This document shows, piece after piece, positions 1 to 8,484 of a DNA stretch of 64,000 nucleotides (its first letter is position 1; the number at the start of each line of letters is the position of its first letter). The DNA lies in assembly GCA_016935525.1 (NCBI GenBank), contig JAFGQU010000012.1, forward strand, positions 1,248 through 65,247. Direction: 5' to 3'. Source of the DNA: Candidatus Omnitrophota bacterium (lineage in GTDB: Bacteria; Omnitrophota; Gorgyraeia; Duberdicusellales; 4484-171). The notes under the pieces are model-generated. The model made no database searches, was not told the DNA's origin, and worked only from the letters and a program-made list of their open reading frames with translations. Position numbers and translations under genes: made by a program.

Positions 1-80
1 TATGTTTATCGCGTCGTTTTTGGCTGAACGGTTTAGTGCCTTTACAATTATTATAAGTGTGGGTATAATAATTTTCTTTT

Positions 81-1394
81 TTGCCTGTTTCAACCCTAAG
101 AAGAACGATGATCCACGTAAAAGAACATAAAGAACCTCAACACGGCCGTCGTTGTGAAAAGTTCGTCACTCCCAAGAAATTGTATCTGCCGTTAAGCCAG
201 CATATCGGTAAACCCGCCGAGCTCAAAGTGAAATTAAAGGATCAGGTGAACGCCTTTGATGCGTTGGCCGAATATAGCGCTCTTGTGTCCAGCCGTATCC
301 ACGCTCCTTTGGGAGGAGTGGTGACTGCGATAGATAATTGCCCTCATCCGGTACTCCTGCGTAGCTTAGGTGTGACTCTTCAGTGTACGGGAGACTCCCC
401 GCAATTAACACAACGGGAACATATCGAGAACTTACATAAAGATGAACTGCTTGGCATTATCAAAGATGCCGGGATCGTAGGGATGGGCGGTGCGTGTTTT
501 CCCACTTATTTGAAGTTAAGTCCGCCTCAACCGGTCGATACGTTCCTGGTGAACGGGTGTGAATGTGAACCGTACCTTGCCTGTGATTACCGCCTGATGG
601 AAGAGGAGACCGAATCCATTTTGCGAGGAGCCGAACTCGTCGCCCGGATCATCGATCCTAAACAGATATATTTTTGTATTGAAGAAAATAAACCCGCCGC
701 GATAAAAAAATTCAATCTTGCTCTTTCTATGAAAAAATACCGGTTGCCGGAAAGCCGGCTCGTTATTTTAAAGTCCCAATACCCTCAAGGCGGGGAACGT
801 CAGTTGATCCATCAGGTCACCCGGCGGGCAGTACCGTGCGGAAAACTCCCGTTTGATGTGGGGTGTCTGGTCCAGAATGTGGCTACGTTGTGCGCGATAT
901 ATGAAGCGGTATACTTTTCTAAACCGCTGGTAGAAAGAATAGTCACGTTCGCCGGAGATTGTCTGCGTGAACCGAAAAACCTGTGGGTAAAAATCGGCAC
1001 TTCGATTAAAGAACTTTTTGACGAAAAGATCCTCGAATTTGACCGTGAACCGGAGAAAGTGATACACGGCGGTCCGATGATGGGGATCTCTATCGAGAAT
1101 CTCGATTATCCTATCCTGAAAGGTACATCCGGGGTACTGTTTTTTTCTAAAGATGAAGTGGCTCCACTTGAAGGAGTATGTATCCGCTGCGGACGCTGTG
1201 TCGATGCCTGCCCGATGAACCTTTTTCCCAGCGAGATCATCCGTAGGGTAAAACATAAACAGTTTGACCGGTTAGATGAAGTGTTTTTAAGTGATTGTAT
1301 TGAATGCGGATGCTGTACGTATGTCTGTCCGGCAAAGATACCTCTAGTGCATTATATAAAGGAAGGGAAACGGTATGCCCCTAAGAATAAGTAG
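81..1394 (+). CDS. rnfC: Rnf electron transport complex subunit C (RnfC/RsxC; NADH-binding, two 4Fe-4S ferredoxin motifs CIRCGRCVDACP and CIECGCCTYVCP)
   Basis: ORF translation aligns with RnfC/RsxC (LPLSQHIG, GGVVTAID, GMGGACFPT, two CxxCxxCxxxCP motifs); TTG start at 81, alternative ATG at 108; first gene of rnfCDGEAB. Confidence 0.85.
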   Translation: MPVSTLRRTMIHVKEHKEPQHGRRCEKFVTPKKLYLPLSQHIGKPAELKVKLKDQVNAFDALAEYSALVSSRIHAPLGGVVTAIDNCPHPVLLRSLGVTLQCTGDSPQLTQREHIENLHKDELLGIIKDAGIVGMGGACFPTYLKLSPPQPVDTFLVNGCECEPYLACDYRLMEEETESILRGAELVARIIDPKQIYFCIEENKPAAIKKFNLALSMKKYRLPESRLVILKSQYPQGGERQLIHQVTRRAVPCGKLPFDVGCLVQNVATLCAIYEAVYFSKPLVERIVTFAGDCLREPKNLWVKIGTSIKELFDEKILEFDREPEKVIHGGPMMGISIENLDYPILKGTSGVLFFSKDEVAPLEGVCIRCGRCVDACPMNLFPSEIIRRVKHKQFDRLDEVFLSDCIECGCCTYVCPAKIPLVHYIKEGKRYAPKNK

Positions 1395-2307
1395 TTCGCC
1401 TCATGTGCGCGCATCTGCCCATACTGGTTGGGTAATGCAGCAGGTCATCATCGCGTTATTGCCGGCGGTGGCCGCGGCGGTATATTTTTTCCGGCTATCC
1501 GCGGTATGGTTGATCTTTAATTGTATCATCAGTTGCGTGATGACCGAAGAGATCGTGTGCCGCTTGCGGCATAAACCTTCGACTATCCGTGACGCAAGCG
1601 CCGTTCTTACCGGTCTTTTGCTGGCGTTGATCCTTCCTCCGACAATTCCCTGGTACGCGGCAACGTTAGGCGGAATATTCGCGGTCCTGTTCGGTAAACA
1701 GATTTTCGGAGGATTAGGCCAAAACATCTTTAATCCGGCATTAATCGGCCGGGCATTTCTGATGGCGGCATACCCGGCGATGCTCACCCATTGGGTCAAT
1801 CCGGCCGGAGTGGATGCTGTCACCAGCGCTACGCCGCTGGCATTACGTAAATTTGACCAAATCATCACTCCTTTAGGCGACCTTTTTCTCGGTACGACAT
1901 CGGGAAGTCTGGGTGAGACCTCCGCACTATGTCTTTTAATCGGAGGAGTATATCTTTTTGCCCGTACTATCGCCGATTGGCGGATACCGTTTACGCTTAT
2001 GGTCACGGTCCTCGTGACATCGACAATATTCTATGTGATCGATCCGGTCTACGGGTCGCCGTTATTTCATCTTTTCAGCGGCGGATTACTTATCGGGGCG
2101 TTATTTATGGCGACTGACCCGGTGACTACTCCGGTCACGAAACTCGGACGATATATTTTCGCAATAGGATGTGCTCTCATGATTATGGTCATACGTTATT
2201 TTGGCGGGCTACCGGAAGGAGTGATGTATGCGATCCTGTTTATGAACGCGTTTGTCCCTCTGATCAACCGGTATACCGTCCCTAAACCATTAGGTTATGA
2301 AAGATAA
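1375..2307 (+). CDS. rnfD: Rnf complex subunit D (RnfD/NqrB family membrane subunit)
   Basis: N-terminus MPLRISSSPH matches RsxD MVFRIASSPY; polytopic membrane protein; GGLGQNIFNPA motif; overlaps rnfC stop. Confidence 0.85.
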   Translation: MPLRISSSPHVRASAHTGWVMQQVIIALLPAVAAAVYFFRLSAVWLIFNCIISCVMTEEIVCRLRHKPSTIRDASAVLTGLLLALILPPTIPWYAATLGGIFAVLFGKQIFGGLGQNIFNPALIGRAFLMAAYPAMLTHWVNPAGVDAVTSATPLALRKFDQIITPLGDLFLGTTSGSLGETSALCLLIGGVYLFARTIADWRIPFTLMVTVLVTSTIFYVIDPVYGSPLFHLFSGGLLIGALFMATDPVTTPVTKLGRYIFAIGCALMIMVIRYFGGLPEGVMYAILFMNAFVPLINRYTVPKPLGYER

Positions 2308-2848
2308 TTTAAAGATCATCAGCGTATTAACGATCATTACCGTTATCTGCGGGTTTATCCTGGCATTCGTCTTTACCTCAGCGCAAGGAAAGATCCAGGA
2401 GAACCAGAAACAGGCGATCTACCGGGCGATCACCACTATCGTTCCCGAAGCTGAGAATATCCAGGAGAAGACCTACGGTGAAGATCTGGTGTATGAACTT
2501 AAAGATAAAAACGGGGAGTTTTTAGGGTATGCCTATGTGACCGACGGACAGGGGTATCAGAGTACGATCAGTATCCTGTTTGCGGTCGACAAAGATATAC
2601 GGGATATCCTGGGTATAGATATTATCGAGTCGGTCGAGACTCCAGGGTTAGGTTCGCGGATCACCGAAGATGCGTTTAAAGATCAGTTTAAAAATGTCCC
2701 GTTAGCCGGTATATTTGAAGTGGTAAAAGAACTTCCGCAAAATCCTCATCAGATCCAAGCGATCACTTCCGCCACGGTATCATCGCGTGCGGTGGTAAGT
2801 ATCGTCAATGCGGGAATAGAAAAATTAAAAGCGATTTTAAAGAAATGA
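2297..2848 (+). CDS. rnfG: Rnf complex subunit G (FMN-binding, RnfG/NqrC family)
   Basis: N-terminal TM anchor, conserved TSATVSSRAV FMN-attachment motif; operon position. Confidence 0.8.
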   Translation: MKDNLKIISVLTIITVICGFILAFVFTSAQGKIQENQKQAIYRAITTIVPEAENIQEKTYGEDLVYELKDKNGEFLGYAYVTDGQGYQSTISILFAVDKDIRDILGIDIIESVETPGLGSRITEDAFKDQFKNVPLAGIFEVVKELPQNPHQIQAITSATVSSRAVVSIVNAGIEKLKAILKK

Positions 2849-3435
2849 ACAGTACACAATTGATCATAAAAGGGGTGTGGACCGATCATCCTATTTTCCG
2901 GCAGTTGTTAGGGATGTGTCCGACCCTGGCGGTAACGACATCCAGTATCAACGGTATTTCTATGGGGCTTGCGGTCCTGTTTGTCCTTTTCTTCTCCTCA
3001 TTTGTCGTCTCGCTTATCAAAAAGATCGTACCGTCTCAGGTACGGATCGCCGTGTATACCGTGATCATTGCCACGTTCGTTACGATCGTCGATATATTTT
3101 TAAAAGCGTATTTTCCCGATATCAGCCGGGCATTGGGCCCGTACATCCCCTTGATCATCGTAAACTGCATTATCTTAGGCCGGTGTGAGGTGTTTGCTTC
3201 CCGCCACTCACTGGGAGTGTCGTTGATCGATGCGTTGGCGATGGGAAGCGGGTTTACCTGGGGGCTTTTTGTATTAGGAAGTATCCGGGAACTCTTCGGC
3301 GCCGGAACGATCTTGGGATTTAAGATCATGCCGGCGTTCTATAATCCGTTGATCATCATGATCCTTCCGGCCGGGGCGTTTCTGGTGCTGGGGACGCTGG
3401 TCGGGGTGATGAACAAGATAGAACAAAAACGATGA
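2845..3435 (+). CDS. rnfE: Rnf complex subunit E (RnfE/NqrD family)
   Basis: LGMCPTLAVTTS motif, polytopic membrane protein; operon position. Confidence 0.85.
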   Translation: MNSTQLIIKGVWTDHPIFRQLLGMCPTLAVTTSSINGISMGLAVLFVLFFSSFVVSLIKKIVPSQVRIAVYTVIIATFVTIVDIFLKAYFPDISRALGPYIPLIIVNCIILGRCEVFASRHSLGVSLIDALAMGSGFTWGLFVLGSIRELFGAGTILGFKIMPAFYNPLIIMILPAGAFLVLGTLVGVMNKIEQKR

Positions 3436-4013
3436 AAGATCTATTACTGATCGTAGTCTCAACGGTACTGATTAATAATTTTGTATTAAGTTATTTTTTG
3501 GGGATCTGTCCGTTTCTGGGGGTATCGGGAAAATTATCTTCGGCAATCGGGATGGGATTAAGCGTCATTTTTGTCATGACGCTCTCTTCGAGTATCAGCT
3601 GGCTGATCTATCATCTGATCCTTATCCCCCTTGAGATCACTTTTTTATCCTATGTCGTCTTTATCCTGGTGATCGCTTCTTTGGTTCAGATCGTCGAGAT
3701 GTTTATCCGTAAATATTCTCCGCCGCTTTACCAGGCATTGGGGATCTATTTACCGTTGATCACGACTAACTGCGCTATTTTAGGATGCGCGTTATTCATG
3801 ATCGCCCGTAACTACGCGTTTTTACCGGCAGTCGTGTTTGGATTTTCCGCCGGGGTAGGGTTCACGTTAATATTGCTGGTCATGGCCGGTATCAGGGAAG
3901 AACTCCAGTTCAATGATGTCCCCGGCGTATTAAAAGGCGCTCCGATCACTCTGATCACCGCCGGGTTACTGGCGCTTTGTTTCATGGGATTTTCGGGGTT
4001 GATCAGCTCATAA
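3432..4013 (+). CDS. rnfA: Rnf complex subunit A (RnfA/NqrE family)
   Basis: LGICPFLGVSGK motif, polytopic membrane protein; translationally coupled to rnfE. Confidence 0.85.
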   Translation: MKDLLLIVVSTVLINNFVLSYFLGICPFLGVSGKLSSAIGMGLSVIFVMTLSSSISWLIYHLILIPLEITFLSYVVFILVIASLVQIVEMFIRKYSPPLYQALGIYLPLITTNCAILGCALFMIARNYAFLPAVVFGFSAGVGFTLILLVMAGIREELQFNDVPGVLKGAPITLITAGLLALCFMGFSGLISS

Positions 4014-4017
4014 AGAA

Positions 4018-4083
4018 AGTCGCTAGTCGCTAGTCTATAGTAAAAATAGACCAGAGACTAGAGACTAGAGACCAGAGACTAGG
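4018..4083. repeat. Intergenic word-repeat hairpin of the CTAGTC/CTGGTC family (agtcgctagtcgctagtct ... agaccagagactagagactagagaccagagactag)
   Basis: Imperfect inverted repeat made of degenerate 6-nt words; same word family recurs at 19734-19760, 23110-23150, 26089-26165, 35220-35260 and 39485-39565. Confidence 0.7.
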
Positions 4084-4084
4084 T

Positions 4085-4891
4085 ATGGAAATTGCCATTA
4101 AAGGTTTAATAGCATTAGGGTCGGTAGGATTTTTATTTTCCGTGTTACTCGCTTTTTTAAGTAAGAAGTTTCATGTGCGTGAAGACCCTCTTATCGAGAA
4201 GTTAAACGAAGCCTTACCGGGGATACATTGCGGTGCCTGCGGATATTCGGGATGTCATGCCTATGCCGAAGCTCTTGCCGCCGGTAAAGCCGATCCCACT
4301 ATGTGCCGGGCGGGTGGGGCCGAAAGCCAGAAGAGGATCGCCGCTCTATTAAAAGTCGAGGTGAAAAAACTTTCACCTCAGAAGATCGTCGTCCATTGCG
4401 GCGCGGATACTACTCAAAAAAAATCGTCGACACTCTATGTCGGCCCGGAATCTTGCGCGGCAGCTCACTTGTTGGGCGCGAAGATCGATTGTAAATACGG
4501 ATGCCTTTTTTTCGGTGATTGCGTAAAAATATGTCCGGTTGGTGCGCTTAAGATCAGTCAGGGAAAAGTATATGTCGACCATAAAAGATGTATCCGTTGC
4601 GGGAAATGCGTAGGCGCCTGTCCGCGTAACCTTATCGAACTCGTCACTGTTTCGCCGATTCAGCCGCTTTATTACGTGGCCTGCAGTAACCGGGAAAAAG
4701 CGTTATATGTCCGGGGAGTCTGCAGCCGGGGATGTATCGCCTGCGGTATCTGTGCCCGGATCGAGAACTCTCCATTTTATATCGAGAACAATATTTCCCG
4801 GATAAAGCGGGAAGGGGATATCGATATCCCGGCTGCCTCTTCCGCAAAAGATAAATGTCCGACGCACTGTATCGATAGCGACGATGTTTAA
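4085..4891 (+). CDS. rnfB: Rnf complex subunit B (RnfB; N-terminal membrane anchor, Cys-rich Fe-S cluster domains)
   Basis: CGACGYSGCHAYAEA N-terminal Fe-S motif plus multiple CxxCxxCxxxCP ferredoxin motifs; operon position. Confidence 0.85.
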   Translation: MEIAIKGLIALGSVGFLFSVLLAFLSKKFHVREDPLIEKLNEALPGIHCGACGYSGCHAYAEALAAGKADPTMCRAGGAESQKRIAALLKVEVKKLSPQKIVVHCGADTTQKKSSTLYVGPESCAAAHLLGAKIDCKYGCLFFGDCVKICPVGALKISQGKVYVDHKRCIRCGKCVGACPRNLIELVTVSPIQPLYYVACSNREKALYVRGVCSRGCIACGICARIENSPFYIENNISRIKREGDIDIPAASSAKDKCPTHCIDSDDV

Positions 4892-5279
4892 AGAAAAAGC
4901 AAAAGTCATAGCCAAAGACGCCGATACTCTGACGATCCGGTTTCAAAGAAAAGTCCAGTGCGGTTGTTGCCGGTTGGGTAACCTTTGCGCGCCGCGTGAG
5001 GAAAAAACGGTGCTGAAAGTCCGGCCGCATATTGATGCCAAAGAAGGAGATATGATCGAAGTCGGTATAGAAGAAGCAAAGCCCCTGCTTATCAGTGTGC
5101 TCTTGTTTTTGGTTCCGACCGTAATATTGTTGGCCACTCTTATCCTTGTGCGCCGTTGGGGTGAATTTCGTTCTTTTTTCTTAAGTATAGTGAATATTTC
5201 TGTGTATTTTGTGTTCCTTAAAATGCTTTTAAAAAGAAAACCGTTTGATTGTTCACTCATGATATTGAGGAAACTATAA
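4884..5279 (+). CDS. RseC/MucC-family protein (SoxR-reducing-system accessory; positive regulator of sigma-E family), C-terminal TM helices
   Basis: N-terminal soluble domain with CGCC...C motif followed by two TM helices, typical architecture and position directly after rnfB. Confidence 0.5.
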   Translation: MFKEKAKVIAKDADTLTIRFQRKVQCGCCRLGNLCAPREEKTVLKVRPHIDAKEGDMIEVGIEEAKPLLISVLLFLVPTVILLATLILVRRWGEFRSFFLSIVNISVYFVFLKMLLKRKPFDCSLMILRKL

Positions 5280-5930
5280 ATGAGTAGAAAACATGTAAAA
5301 CGCACGACGCACGACGCACGACGCACGACCAATATAGCGGTATTAGCTTCCGGTAACGGGAGTAATTTCGAAGCGATCGTCGGCGCGATAAAAAGAGGAT
5401 ATATCAAGAAGACCTGCGTGAAGCTGTTGATCACCGATAAAGAAAAAGCCTATGTGCGTGTTCGCGCCGAACGGTTAGGGATCACACAGCTCTATATAAA
5501 TCCGCGAGAGTATAACACCGGCGGCGCGTTCGATAAAAAACTGATCCAGGTCCTTAAGAAAGAAAAAATCGGGCTTGTAGTACTTGCCGGGTACATGAGG
5601 ATACTTACACCGGTTTTTGTGAAAAAGTTCAAGAACAAGGTCATTAATATCCATCCGGCATTGCTGCCGGCATTTAAAGGTGCCCGGGCGATCGGTGATG
5701 CGTACCGTTATGGAGTGAAAATAACCGGGGTAACCGTGCATTTTGTCGATGAATGTATCGATCACGGCCCGATTATCGCGCAGAAACCGTTACCGGTGAA
5801 GAAAGGCGAATCTTTATCCGGTCTTGAAAGACGTATTCATCGCGCGGAACATACACTGTATCCTCTGGTGATAAAAAAAATAAGTGAAGGTAAAGTAAAA
5901 GTCCGTAACCGTCATGTCCAGGTCGGTTAG
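5280..5930 (+). CDS. purN: Phosphoribosylglycinamide formyltransferase
   Basis: NIAVLASGNGSNFEAI, LVVLAGYMRIL, INIHPALLPAFKG motifs; N-terminus carries an unusual 7-nt tandem repeat. Confidence 0.85.
   Translation: MSRKHVKRTTHDARRTTNIAVLASGNGSNFEAIVGAIKRGYIKKTCVKLLITDKEKAYVRVRAERLGITQLYINPREYNTGGAFDKKLIQVLKKEKIGLVVLAGYMRILTPVFVKKFKNKVINIHPALLPAFKGARAIGDAYRYGVKITGVTVHFVDECIDHGPIIAQKPLPVKKGESLSGLERRIHRAEHTLYPLVIKKISEGKVKVRNRHVQVG
5303..5330 (+). repeat. Tandem heptanucleotide repeat (CGCACGA)x4 inside the purN 5' coding end
   Basis: acgcacgacgcacgacgcacgacgcacgacc read directly; encodes RTTHDARRTT; related ACGAC-word arrays at 24605-24640 and 35168-35185 are intergenic. Confidence 0.8.
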
Positions 5931-6354
5931 CATATTGTGCGTTCTCTTTTTGTTCCTGAACATCCAGGGGGTGTCCGCTCAGGAGACCGTCCGGGCAACC
6001 GTGAATAAGGGAGAGGCCGTAACTGGTGAGATATTTACCTATACGGTGATAGTCGAAGGCGAATTGCACTCGCCCCAGGTAACTATTCCTGAATTCGGTC
6101 CCCTGAAAGTAGCCGGGCAGAGTTCATCACGCAGTTACCGGGTGCGTAACGGAAGACGGCGGGTGCAGATGGAGTTTGTGTATCACCTGGTTGCCTATGA
6201 ACCGGGAGAATATACGTTAGATGGGGTCGAGGTGAAAGACGGACAGAAAGTTTTCCGTTCTGATAAAGTGACGGTTAAAGTGACCGGGGAACCTATTGAT
6301 ATCGATAAAGAACGTGAACTGGAAAAATTTCGCGGGGGAGCAATCAGTCTATAG
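5914..6354 (+). CDS. Secreted hypothetical protein (cleavable signal peptide, beta-rich)
   Basis: N-terminal signal peptide LCVLFLFLNIQGVSAQE; no recognisable catalytic motif. Confidence 0.5.
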   Translation: MSRSVSILCVLFLFLNIQGVSAQETVRATVNKGEAVTGEIFTYTVIVEGELHSPQVTIPEFGPLKVAGQSSSRSYRVRNGRRRVQMEFVYHLVAYEPGEYTLDGVEVKDGQKVFRSDKVTVKVTGEPIDIDKERELEKFRGGAISL

Positions 6355-6360
6355 GAAGTA

Positions 6361-6482
6361 AAAATATCCAATGACCAATTTCCAAGCACCAAATAAGATC
6401 CAAGTTCCAATGACTGAAACGGATTTATTTGATTATTGATAATTTGGTGATTGGTTATTATTTGGTTATTGGGATGTGATGT
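6361..6482. repeat. ACCAATTTCCAAG / TTGGTTATTGG word-repeat module (family G)
   Basis: ccaatgaccaatttccaagcaccaaataag...ttggtgattggttattatttggttattggg; a second copy lies at 36176-36338; both sit immediately upstream of a gene start. Confidence 0.7.
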
Positions 6483-6524
6483 TTGGTGATTATACGGGAT
6501 ATAAGTAAAAGAAAGGAAAAAGCT

Positions 6525-7808
6525 ATGGCGACGATCAAGTCAGTACATGCACGGGAAGTATTGGATTCACGCGGTAACCCTACGGTGGAAGTCGAATGCA
6601 CCTTAAATACCGGCATTCTTGCCCGGGCGATCGTACCCAGCGGCGCCTCTACCGGAGAATTCGAAGCGTTAGAATTACGCGATAAAGACACTACACGGTA
6701 TAAAGGCAAAGGTGTCCTTAAAGCCGTCGAGAATGTAAATACAAAGATCGCCCGTAAAGTAAAAGGTAAACCGGCGGATTTTCGTAAAATCGATACATTA
6801 CTTTTAGATATGGACGGGACGGAGAACAAATCTTCACTGGGAGCAAACGCGATGCTGGGAGTATCTTTAGCCGTCGCTCATGCCGCGGCAAAAGAGAAAA
6901 AAGTCTCGCTTTACAAATATTTAAATCCCAAAGCATACCTTCTTCCCGTTCCGATGATGAATATTTTGAACGGAGGAGTACATGCCGATAATAACCTGGA
7001 TATCCAGGAATTCATGATCATGCCCTGGGGATTCCCGACGTTAAGACGGGCCCTGCAGGCCGCCTGTGAGGTGTTTCATACTTTGAAATTGATCCTTCAT
7101 TCAAAAAAACTTTCTACTTCGGTCGGTGATGAAGGCGGGTTTGCTCCGAACTTAAAATCGAACGAAGAAGCGTTACAACTGATCATTCAGGCGATAAAAA
7201 AAGCGGGATACAAACCGGAAAAAGAGATCGCGTTGGCCTTAGACCCCGCCGCCAGTTCCTTTTTTCAAAAAGAAAAGTATCTGACCGGCGGACATTACCT
7301 TATCGAAGGGAAACGGGTCGATGCCTCCTATATGGTCAAGTATTACAAAAAACTTCTCGATAAATATCCGATCATTTCTCTCGAAGACGGCCTGGCCGAA
7401 GAAGACTGGGAAGGTTGGCAGCGGTTGACCGACGAGCTCGGAGGAAAAATCCAGGTGGTCGGCGATGATTTGTTTGTGACCAATACCGAACGGTTATCCC
7501 GGGGCATAAAATCAGGTGCGGCAAATTCCATCTTGATCAAAGTCAATCAGATCGGTACCTTATCAGAAACGCTGGCGGCGATCGATTTGGCATTTAAACA
7601 TAAATATACCGCCGTGATATCTCATCGTTCCGGCGAGACCGAAGATGTGACTATCGCTCATCTCGCGGTATCGACCGGCTGCGGCCAGATCAAAACCGGA
7701 AGTTGTTCCCGTACCGACCGGATCGCTAAATATAACGAGCTGTTGAGGATCGAAGAGGAGTTAGGAAGAAAAGCGCGGTATGCGGGAAAAACTGTTCGGA
7801 AAAATTGA
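6525..7808 (+). CDS. eno: Enolase (phosphopyruvate hydratase)
   Basis: [25 protein letters not shown]-terminus, SHRSGETED motif; long ORF begins at 6483 but the conserved start is the ATG at 6525. Confidence 0.95.
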   Translation: MATIKSVHAREVLDSRGNPTVEVECTLNTGILARAIVPSGASTGEFEALELRDKDTTRYKGKGVLKAVENVNTKIARKVKGKPADFRKIDTLLLDMDGTENKSSLGANAMLGVSLAVAHAAAKEKKVSLYKYLNPKAYLLPVPMMNILNGGVHADNNLDIQEFMIMPWGFPTLRRALQAACEVFHTLKLILHSKKLSTSVGDEGGFAPNLKSNEEALQLIIQAIKKAGYKPEKEIALALDPAASSFFQKEKYLTGGHYLIEGKRVDASYMVKYYKKLLDKYPIISLEDGLAEEDWEGWQRLTDELGGKIQVVGDDLFVTNTERLSRGIKSGAANSILIKVNQIGTLSETLAAIDLAFKHKYTAVISHRSGETEDVTIAHLAVSTGCGQIKTGSCSRTDRIAKYNELLRIEEELGRKARYAGKTVRKN

Positions 7809-8079
7809 TTCGCTCACCTTATTACGTTTTGGCGCATTGCTTTTAGCCCTGGGCCTTCTGGGAGCGATTGTCTATTTTCCGACCTATTCGCACCTTCAGA
7901 AATTACGAAAAGAGAACAAACGGATCGAGTCCGATATCGAACAATTACACGATGAGATCACTGAATACGAACAGATGCTGAAAGGTATAAGAGAAAATCC
8001 CGATTATTTCGAAAAAATCGCCCGGGAGAACTTAGGAGTTATCAAAGATAACGAAATAATCATTGACATACAGGAGTAA
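7780..8079 (+). CDS. Septum formation initiator family protein (FtsB/DivIC-like)
   Basis: Single N-terminal TM helix then coiled coil; conserved position after eno. Confidence 0.6.
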   Translation: MREKLFGKIDSLTLLRFGALLLALGLLGAIVYFPTYSHLQKLRKENKRIESDIEQLHDEITEYEQMLKGIRENPDYFEKIARENLGVIKDNEIIIDIQE

Positions 8080-8173
8080 GTTGATACAATTGGACTAATT
8101 CAATAAATTAAATATTTTAATTAATTTATTGTATCTCTTTCCCAAAATCATCTATATTTAATGTGGTTTTGAT

Positions 8174-8250
<77 letters not shown>

Positions 8251-8484
8251 ATTCTGTGAAATCGTTTATTTTGTTTGTGAGTGTAACGGTTCTCCCGCAT
8301 CATAACATAGCTATATAGCGGGACCCCGTAATCACATGTCCCTATCCTTCCTTTAATAATATATTATATATTAATAACTCAATCTTCGCAGGCACGGGTA
8401 AGATATTATTCGTAAAACTACGAATTTATACTACAGGTAAACTAATTATAAAAAATTATTGCATTTAATGCGATATTTGTTAGA

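Noticed and set aside
2877-3329. ORFs 2877-3188 (+) and 3036-3329 (-) overlapping rnfE
   Set aside because: They are alternative-frame or antisense products within a well-supported RnfE gene with conserved motifs.
5296-5330. Treating the heptamer repeat as proof that purN is a phase-variable contingency gene
   Set aside because: Housekeeping purN is an implausible contingency locus. The same ACGAC-type words occur intergenically elsewhere, so this is more likely an intruding repeat module. It is kept as a low-interest finding and not as a feature call.
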